Assembly (NCBI RefSeq): GCF_000020025.1
Contig: NC_010628.1
Span: forward strand, 300,001-332,000
DNA length: 32,000 nt
Source of the DNA: Nostoc punctiforme PCC 73102
GTDB lineage: Bacteria > Cyanobacteriota > Cyanobacteriia > Cyanobacteriales > Nostocaceae
Direction of reading: 5' to 3'
The notes beneath the pieces were generated by a model that was given only the letters and a program-made list of their open reading frames with translations, did no database searches and had not been told where the DNA came from. A program made the position numbers and the translations under genes. This document shows, in pieces, positions 26,020 to 32,000 of this stretch (position 1 is its first letter; every line of letters starts with the position of its first letter).

Positions 26020-27693
26020 ATGGCAAATTTAACTGACTTTAAATTGTTTGCTCCTCGCAACAAAGGAGCAGCTTTAATTGGGTCTTTTTCGGATTGGAAA
26101 GAAATTCCAATGTCTAAAAGTGAAGATGGTTATTTTCGCACTAAAATCAAACTGGAAGACGGCGTTTATCAATATAAATTTCGCATTCAAACTAAAAGTC
26201 CAAATTTTGCACCTGATGAATGGATCGATGTCATTGATCCTAAAGCAACAGAAGTTAATGAAACAGAAAAATATGGCATAGTTCGTATTCAAGATGGGCA
26301 ACGCATTGTTGATAGTTACTTTTGGCAACACGATGAAATGCCGTTGCCTGATAACCGGGAATTAGTCATATATGAAATGCACGTTGCTGATTTTACTGGT
26401 GATGAAGTTGATTCTAACGAGCGAGGCAAATATCTAGGGATAATTGCTAAGTTAGATTATCTTTGCGAACTGGGAATTAATGCAATTGAATTAATGCCAG
26501 TTAATGAGTACCCTGGTGATTATAGCTGGGGCTATAAAGTTCGCCACTTCTTTGCTACAGAATCTAGTTACGGTTCAACAGAAGATTTAAAGCGATTGAT
26601 TGACGAGTGTCATGGTAGAGGTATTCGCGTCTTTATGGATGGAATTTATAACCACACAGATGAAGAATGCCCATTAATACTAATTGACCGCAATTACTGG
26701 TACTACGAACATAAACATTATCCTGAAGACCCAGCTAATTACTGGGGGCCAGAGTTTAACTATGATTTTTACGACAAAAACTTAAATATTCAACCTGCAT
26801 GGGAATACATCGGCGATGTGGTAAGGTTTTGGATTCAGGAATATCACATTGATGGAATTCGCTTTGATGCAGTACGGCAATTGGCTAACTTTGAATTTCT
26901 CAACTGGCTGACTAAGCAAGCGAAAAACCATGCTGCACCCAAGCAGTTTTACAACATTGCTGAACACATTCCCGATACAAACACTGTAGTCAAGCCAGAT
27001 GGGCCATTAGATGCTTGTTGGCATGAGAGCTTTCGCTACTTTTTAGTTCCATATATTTGTGGAAAATCATTTGAATTAGAACAACTCAAGCAAATTTTAG
27101 ACCCCAAACAGCAGGGTTATGCGATCGCTACCAATGTGATAAATTATTTGGCAACCCACGATCGCGAACGTCTATTACGAGAATTAGGCAATTGCGGCAT
27201 CTTTGACGCAGCCGCATTTGAACGAGCCAAGTTAGCAGCTGTTTTGTTAATGACAGCGATGGGTATACCGATGCTGTGGATGGCAGAAGAGTTTGGCGAA
27301 TACCAGCAAAAAAGTGAAGATGTGACTAAGCCGCAGAAAATTACTTGGTCTTTGTTGTTAGACGACCAAAATTATGATTTATTTGAGTATTATCAAAAGC
27401 TGATTACTCTACGCCAGCAAACTCCAGCTTTGCAAAGTGACAATATTAAGTTTTTCTACGAAAATGCAGATGATAAAGTGTTGGCTTACAGCCGTTGGGA
27501 TGAGCAAAATTCTCATGTCGTCGTTGTGGTAAATTTTTCCGATCGGAGTCTAAATCAATATAAAATTTCCGACTTCCCAACTACTGAAGATTGGCGAGAT
27601 TGGGTTGGTAATCGGGAAGTGAAATCTGGAGAAGATGGTTTAGTCACTGACTTGCCAAGCTATACAGCTAAAATATTTGTTTTGCAAACATGA
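26020..27693 (+). CDS. GH13 alpha-amylase-family glycoside hydrolase with an N-terminal CBM48-like domain
   Basis: The track ORF starts at TTG 25984; I prefer the ATG at 26020 (MANLTDFKLF). The CBM48/E-set-like N-terminus is GSFSDWKEIPMSKSEDGYFRTKIKLEDGVYQYKFRI. GH13 regions are I VFMDGIYNHT, II IDGIRFDAVRQ, III NIAEHIP and IV INYLATHD. Confidence 0.9.
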   Translation: MANLTDFKLFAPRNKGAALIGSFSDWKEIPMSKSEDGYFRTKIKLEDGVYQYKFRIQTKSPNFAPDEWIDVIDPKATEVNETEKYGIVRIQDGQRIVDSYFWQHDEMPLPDNRELVIYEMHVADFTGDEVDSNERGKYLGIIAKLDYLCELGINAIELMPVNEYPGDYSWGYKVRHFFATESSYGSTEDLKRLIDECHGRGIRVFMDGIYNHTDEECPLILIDRNYWYYEHKHYPEDPANYWGPEFNYDFYDKNLNIQPAWEYIGDVVRFWIQEYHIDGIRFDAVRQLANFEFLNWLTKQAKNHAAPKQFYNIAEHIPDTNTVVKPDGPLDACWHESFRYFLVPYICGKSFELEQLKQILDPKQQGYAIATNVINYLATHDRERLLRELGNCGIFDAAAFERAKLAAVLLMTAMGIPMLWMAEEFGEYQQKSEDVTKPQKITWSLLLDDQNYDLFEYYQKLITLRQQTPALQSDNIKFFYENADDKVLAYSRWDEQNSHVVVVVNFSDRSLNQYKISDFPTTEDWRDWVGNREVKSGEDGLVTDLPSYTAKIFVLQT

Positions 27694-28033
27694 GGAACCA
27701 TAAGTGGCAATACTGCTAAAGTCTCCTTTATGGTATTTATCGCCAGCTTGAATATAGAAGTCGTCTGCTTTCATTGCGGTTGCTGTATCGCTCTTTGACT
27801 AAATAGCTTTAGTCTCATCATTAATGCCTGGCTTACCAACAAAACAGCAATATATGTTACTGAAATATTAAGACCTAATTGGGAACAAGGTCTAAGCGCT
27901 TGTTTTTCATAAAGTTGAATGCTGAGTCTATTAATACTCTGCTTTAATAGTTAATAATATTTTAAACTAGGTATTACCTACTTTTTATGTTTATATAACT
28001 ATAATACACATAACTTAAGTATTTATACATATA

Positions 28034-29308
28034 ATGAAAAATTCATTTACCAAAACAGCAGGATTGCTTCGTCAAAATTTGCAAAAGTATTTGCGATCGC
28101 TTAACAATTGGTTTTTCGATACACCAGAAAGGGCACTCTTAGAAGCTCAACAAGCCGCTCAGAGAATTAAAAACATCGAAATAGAACATTTTGAAGGTAA
28201 AAAAATATCTTCAGAATCAGTAAAATATACTGAAACTGCAATGTCTTATTGGCAAGTCTACCTTGATAAAAACTTAACTATTATCAAGTTCAGGCTGGCA
28301 GAATTTCAACTTAGTCGGGGAATTGTCAATATCTCTAATTCTGTTTTATTAGAAAAGCTGAAGGTGATTGATGAAGTTGTAGAGAAATATGCTATCAAAG
28401 ATGAACTGATTAGTAACAGCGAGTTATTGTCAAATAATGAACCACTAAAAATTAATCAGAGTGAAATCAATAAACAACCAGACTCATCTAATATAAAACG
28501 CCTGCCTCCAAATCAAAAAACTAGAGTTTTGCCTGGGTCTATTGGCAGAACTATTAATAGAATCAAAGGAGATTTTTCACCACAAGGAGAAGAAGAATTT
28601 GTCAGAAATTACCGGATTTCTAAAAATAGAACCAGGATTGGTCTAAGATTTTTACTCACTTTAATTATTGTGCCACTTTTGACTCAAATTTTATCTAAAC
28701 AATTCTTAGTAATTCCTATACTAGAAACGACTAGAAGCGAGAAAACATATCAAATTTTCATTAATTCTGATATGGAAAAAGAAGCTCTCCATGAATTCTC
28801 TAATTTTCAACAAAATTTGAGATTTGAATCTTTATTAAATCATGCACCAGAACTTTCGTCAGAGGTAATTAGAGAAAAAATAAAGGACAAAGCAATTGAG
28901 ATAGCTGAAGAATTTCATCTAAAAACTAATAGTTCTGTTAGTAATGTTTTTGCTGATTTGATATCATTAATTTCTTTTAGTATAATTATCGCTTTTAGCA
29001 AAAAAGAAATTGTGATTGTAAAGTCTTTTATAGATACTATAGTTTATGGATTGAGCGATAGTGCTAAGGCTTTTATAATTATTCTTTTTACAGATATATT
29101 CGTAGGATTCCACTCACCAGATGGGTGGGAGGTTCTTCTAGAAGGATTTGCAGAACATTTAGGTTTGCCAGCCAGTAGAAATGCAATATTTTTATTTATT
29201 GCAACATTTCCTGTAATTTTAAACACTATCTTTAAGTACTGGATATTCCGTTATCTGAGTCGCTTATCTCCGTCGGCATTAGCTACATTAAAAGAGATGG
29301 ACGAGTAA
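28034..29308 (+). CDS. pxcA: Proton extrusion protein PxcA (CemA/CotA homolog)
   Basis: 424 aa. The C-terminal block is GFHSPDGWEVLLEGFAEHLGLP...FIATFPVILNTIFKYWIFRYLSRLSPSALATLKEMDE, characteristic of the CemA/PxcA family. Confidence 0.85.
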   Translation: MKNSFTKTAGLLRQNLQKYLRSLNNWFFDTPERALLEAQQAAQRIKNIEIEHFEGKKISSESVKYTETAMSYWQVYLDKNLTIIKFRLAEFQLSRGIVNISNSVLLEKLKVIDEVVEKYAIKDELISNSELLSNNEPLKINQSEINKQPDSSNIKRLPPNQKTRVLPGSIGRTINRIKGDFSPQGEEEFVRNYRISKNRTRIGLRFLLTLIIVPLLTQILSKQFLVIPILETTRSEKTYQIFINSDMEKEALHEFSNFQQNLRFESLLNHAPELSSEVIREKIKDKAIEIAEEFHLKTNSSVSNVFADLISLISFSIIIAFSKKEIVIVKSFIDTIVYGLSDSAKAFIIILFTDIFVGFHSPDGWEVLLEGFAEHLGLPASRNAIFLFIATFPVILNTIFKYWIFRYLSRLSPSALATLKEMDE

Positions 29309-29393
29309 TTTATAATTCATAATTATATTATTTTGACGCATTTTTCTGATGATTCGCTAGGCTATGTATATCCTGGTTCTTCTGAAGCGTACT

Positions 29394-29870
29394 ATGGATT
29401 TTGAAAGTAAAGCCAATGCCCCAACTTCCACAGACAATATAGAGTTTGCTCAACAAACTACTAGCCGTAAGCCATTGCAATTGCTGCGAGATACCGAGGC
29501 TTTACTACGCCGCCCAACTGTAGCAACGCTATCGCCGATTTTACCACCAAAACTGAGCAATAAATTCCAAGCAACCTCATCTTTGGCAGATGACTCCTTT
29601 AAGGAATTGGCAGAAATTGACCTAGACACTATTAGTGATTTTGAACTGCGACCTGTACGAATTCGTGTTGGCTTAAGCTTTGTTGGTTTTGGGGCACTGA
29701 TGATATTAGTGCTACTACTGTACTTAAACACATTGCATCCAGAACTAAGCACTGGTGAGCAGATTCGGCAATACTGGTATCAATATGTTTGGTTTGTTAG
29801 TTTGGGTGTTGCAGGGATGTTTATGTTGGGTCGGGAAGCGATGCGTCCTATGCCAAAGCGACGGAAATAA
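29394..29870 (+). CDS. Hypothetical membrane protein (two C-terminal TM helices)
   Basis: The track ORF is 29364..29870; the ATG at 29394 (MDFESKANAP...) looks more plausible. TM segments are VGLSFVGFGALMILVLLLYL and YVWFVSLGVAGMFMLG. No family recognised. Confidence 0.5.
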   Translation: MDFESKANAPTSTDNIEFAQQTTSRKPLQLLRDTEALLRRPTVATLSPILPPKLSNKFQATSSLADDSFKELAEIDLDTISDFELRPVRIRVGLSFVGFGALMILVLLLYLNTLHPELSTGEQIRQYWYQYVWFVSLGVAGMFMLGREAMRPMPKRRK

Positions 29871-29904
29871 TTCTTAAGCAGACAGGAGGCAGTCAATCTT
29901 AAGG

Positions 29905-29989
29905 AAGGTGTGTTATGTAGCGGTGCATTAGGTGCTTAAATTATCTTTTTCGTAACCTAAAATATCGAAGTATGCGCCTAACACACCCT
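29905..29989. repeat. Inverted-repeat element downstream of the membrane protein gene
   Basis: GGTGTGTTA (29907-29915) pairs perfectly with TAACACACC (29979-29987), with partially complementary extensions. It resembles the GGTGCGTTAGGCGC-type dispersed cyanobacterial repeats and could also act as a terminator stem. Confidence 0.4.
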
Positions 29990-30145
29990 ACAGAAATTTT
30001 ATTTTTGCTTGATAAATAAACTCTAAAATTTATTTGTTAAAAATTATGAATTTTAAATCAACCTTTTAATGAATAAATCATAATGTTCAGTGATTTATAC
30101 TTAGCAATATGCTTGTATATAAGCAGCAGTTAGAAATTTTTATAT

Positions 30146-31051
30146 ATGAATTACGATGCTTTCATTGTTCCACCAGGTTCAAAGATTTCTCTGAAAAAAA
30201 ATTATGACCCAGCTTATAAAACTGATTTCGATCAAAAAGCTGATGCTGCAAACAAATTGCAGACAGATATTGAGCGATTAGCGAATTACCAAAATATTCT
30301 CTATGCTCAAAACACATATTCCTTGCTGATTATTTTTCAGGCAATGGATGCTGCTGGTAAAGATAGCACAATTAAACACGTGACCTCTGGGGTGAATCCG
30401 CAAGGTTTTCAGGTGTTTAGTTTCAAGGCCCCCAGTGCGGAAGAATTAGATCATGACTACCTGTGGCGAACAATGAAGGCTTTGCCAGAAAGAGGTCGAA
30501 TTGGGATATTCAACCGCTCATATTATGAAGAGACGCTAGTTGTTCGCGTTCATCCAGAAATGTTGAGAAAGCAACAACTTCCTTATTTTCCTAATGGAAA
30601 TAAGATATGGAAGCAACGCTTTGAAGAAATTAATAATTTTGAAAAATATTTAGTAGACAATGGTGTGATTGTTCTGAAGTTCTTTCTTAATGTTTCTAAA
30701 TCTGAGCAGAAAAAACGCTTTTTAGAACGAATCGAATATCCCGAAAAAAATTGGAAGTTTTCAGATAGCGATGTCAAAGAAAGAGCTTTTTGGGATGATT
30801 ATATGAATGCTTATGAAGAAGTTTTTAATAAAACTAGTACAAAATCTGCCCCTTGGTATATTATTCCTGCCGATCGCAAATGGTTTACACGTCTGGTAGT
30901 CGCCAACATAATCTGCACAAAACTAGAAGAACTCAATCTGCAATACCCGATAGTTAGCGACGAACATAGACAACAACTTTTGGAGGCAAAACGCATTTTA
31001 GAGCAAGAAGATGAACAGACAAGCTTAACAGATAAAGGCAAAAAAAAGTAA
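30146..31051 (+). CDS. ppk2: Polyphosphate kinase 2 family (polyphosphate:nucleotide phosphotransferase)
   Basis: 301 aa. Walker-A-like FQAMDAAGKDSTIKHV, then DHDYLWR, GRIGIFNRSYYEE, and the lid/C-terminal block APWYIIPADRKW, typical of PPK2. Confidence 0.9.
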   Translation: MNYDAFIVPPGSKISLKKNYDPAYKTDFDQKADAANKLQTDIERLANYQNILYAQNTYSLLIIFQAMDAAGKDSTIKHVTSGVNPQGFQVFSFKAPSAEELDHDYLWRTMKALPERGRIGIFNRSYYEETLVVRVHPEMLRKQQLPYFPNGNKIWKQRFEEINNFEKYLVDNGVIVLKFFLNVSKSEQKKRFLERIEYPEKNWKFSDSDVKERAFWDDYMNAYEEVFNKTSTKSAPWYIIPADRKWFTRLVVANIICTKLEELNLQYPIVSDEHRQQLLEAKRILEQEDEQTSLTDKGKKK

Positions 31052-31161
31052 ATTAGTTCAAATATACTGTATAATTTATGTAAAGCAAAGATGAGCAATC
31101 GTAAATTTATTAATGCTCTCTGTAACTAATAAGTTTGGTTGGTACTGACAGCCGAAAAATC

Positions 31162-31788
31162 ATGATTCAGATGGCAGAAGATGCCAAGAATAATCCACCC
31201 CACTTTACTAATGCTGGCTTTGATATTGTGGCGATCGCAGCGTCAGCAGGTGGTCTGACTGCTCAAATTAAAGTGCTATCGACTCTACCCGCAGAATTTC
31301 CAGCCGCGATCGCTATTGTGCAACACATTTCTCCTGAACATCCGTCATTCATGGCAGAAATTCTCAGTCGGCGCACGGATATTACCGTCAAGCAGGCACA
31401 GGAAGGAGATGACCTCAGTCCAGGAACGGCTTACATTGCTCCACCCAATCGGCACTTATTGGTTAACGATGACGGCACACTTTCCTTATCACAGTCGAAA
31501 TTAGTACATTTTTTACGTCCTTCGGCTGACTTATTATTTGAATCGGTTGCAGCCACTTACAAAGAAAGAGCGATCGCCATCGTGTTAACTGGAACGGGTA
31601 GCGACGGCGCGATGGGAGTAGAAGCAATCAAAAAAATGGGCGGTACTGTCATTGTCCAAGATTTAAAAACCGCCGAATTTTCCGGGATGCCCTCAGCTGC
31701 AATTCAAACAGGCAACGTAGATTTTATTCTCCCCCTAGATGAAATCTCCAGGGTTTTGGTGAGTTTAGTCATGGGAAAATGTAACTAA
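31162..31788 (+). CDS. Stand-alone CheB-type methylesterase domain protein (no receiver domain)
   Basis: The track ORF starts at TTG 31135; ATG starts are available at 31162 and 31171. Blocks are FDIVAIAASAGGLTA (Ser), AIVQHISPEH (His) and TGTGSDGAMG (Asp). No REC domain precedes it. Confidence 0.85.
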   Translation: MIQMAEDAKNNPPHFTNAGFDIVAIAASAGGLTAQIKVLSTLPAEFPAAIAIVQHISPEHPSFMAEILSRRTDITVKQAQEGDDLSPGTAYIAPPNRHLLVNDDGTLSLSQSKLVHFLRPSADLLFESVAATYKERAIAIVLTGTGSDGAMGVEAIKKMGGTVIVQDLKTAEFSGMPSAAIQTGNVDFILPLDEISRVLVSLVMGKCN

Positions 31789-31922
31789 GCTAAGAATTAG
31801 GGGGCAGAGGAAATATATTTTGAAAATTAATAAAGCTTAGAACTCCTTTAATGAGTCTTTGATACTCGTAGACAAGTATAAAAACTTTAATCTTATGCCC
31901 CCTATCCCCTACGCCCAACCTT

Positions 31923-32000
31923 ATGACTTCCGCAGACAGAGATCCCAAATTTGAAAATCTACTGATTTATCTCAGACAAAGCCGGGGATTTGATTTTACA
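31923..32000 (+). CDS. Start of a CheR-type methyltransferase gene, running off the right edge
   Basis: The ATG at 31923 opens MTSADRDPKFENLLIYLRQSRGFDFT, which matches the usual N-terminus of CheR domains in CheB/CheR sensor proteins (FE.LL.YL...RGFDF). Only 26 codons are visible. Confidence 0.6.
   Translation, partial: MTSADRDPKFENLLIYLRQSRGFDFT

Noticed and set aside
27640-27774. 44-aa minus-strand ORF MKADDFYIQAGDKYHKGDF... (TPR-like start) overlapping the GH13 3' end
   Set aside because: It is too short, overlaps a strongly supported gene by about 54 nt, and only the first ~20 residues look TPR-like.
3906-31504. Other nested or antisense ORFs from the track (3906..4148, 5783..6166, 5869..6069, 6398..6601, 8265..8447, 9303..9500, 12135..12356, 12469..12657, 12803..12997, 21216..21440, 21537..21812, 22143..22340, 23569..23805, 26074..26331, 26078..26281, 26782..26967, 29044..29226, 29450..29752, 30583..30777, 30811..31098, 31316..31504)
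   Set aside because: Each lies within or antisense to a better-supported gene and shows no family resemblance, so they are treated as chance frames.

Overview
The window looks cyanobacterial, probably from a filamentous Nostocales-type genome. This is inferred from many HIP1 GCGATCGC palindromes (e.g. 1121-1128, 2587-2594, 4666-4673), a pxcA/cemA homolog, and GGGAAAGGG-core MITE-like repeats; no search was run. All calls come from reading the sequence and ORF track and from remembered family motifs.

Layout, left to right:
- (1) 0.8-5.2 kb: a YtpB/DUF2600-like class IB terpene synthase and a geranylgeranyl-reductase-type flavoprotein, with a convergent O-methyltransferase and GNAT.
- (2) 5.7-8.6 kb: a secreted protein, a universal stress protein and a small secreted protein, interspersed with MITE-like repeats.
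- (3) 8.8-23.1 kb: one 14.4-kb all-minus-strand array. It holds three tandem GLIC-like pentameric ligand-gated ion channel (pLGIC) paralogs (the middle one frameshifted in an A7 run), two tandem crcB/Fluc fluoride-channel genes, and a seven-gene Wsp-like chemosensory cluster. The cluster order is CheW, MCP, CheR-TPR, MCP, Cys-rich CheW, CheA-REC, CheB, and it has no recognisable output regulator.
- (4) 23.6-24.75 kb: a truncated lactate/malate dehydrogenase remnant, then an ~860-bp AT-rich ORF-free island with three ~45-nt direct repeats, palindromes and a minus-strand intrinsic terminator.
- (5) 24.75-32 kb: housekeeping-like genes (NmrA-like, GH13/CBM48 glucanase, PxcA, a membrane protein, PPK2) and a second REC-less CheB plus the start of a CheR gene.

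The best candidates for something undescribed are the pLGIC-Fluc-Wsp-like array, the output-less Wsp-type pathway, the cyanobacterial large-terpene-synthase pair, and the repeat-bearing noncoding island. No CRISPR array, tRNA, rRNA or autonomous transposase gene was seen.
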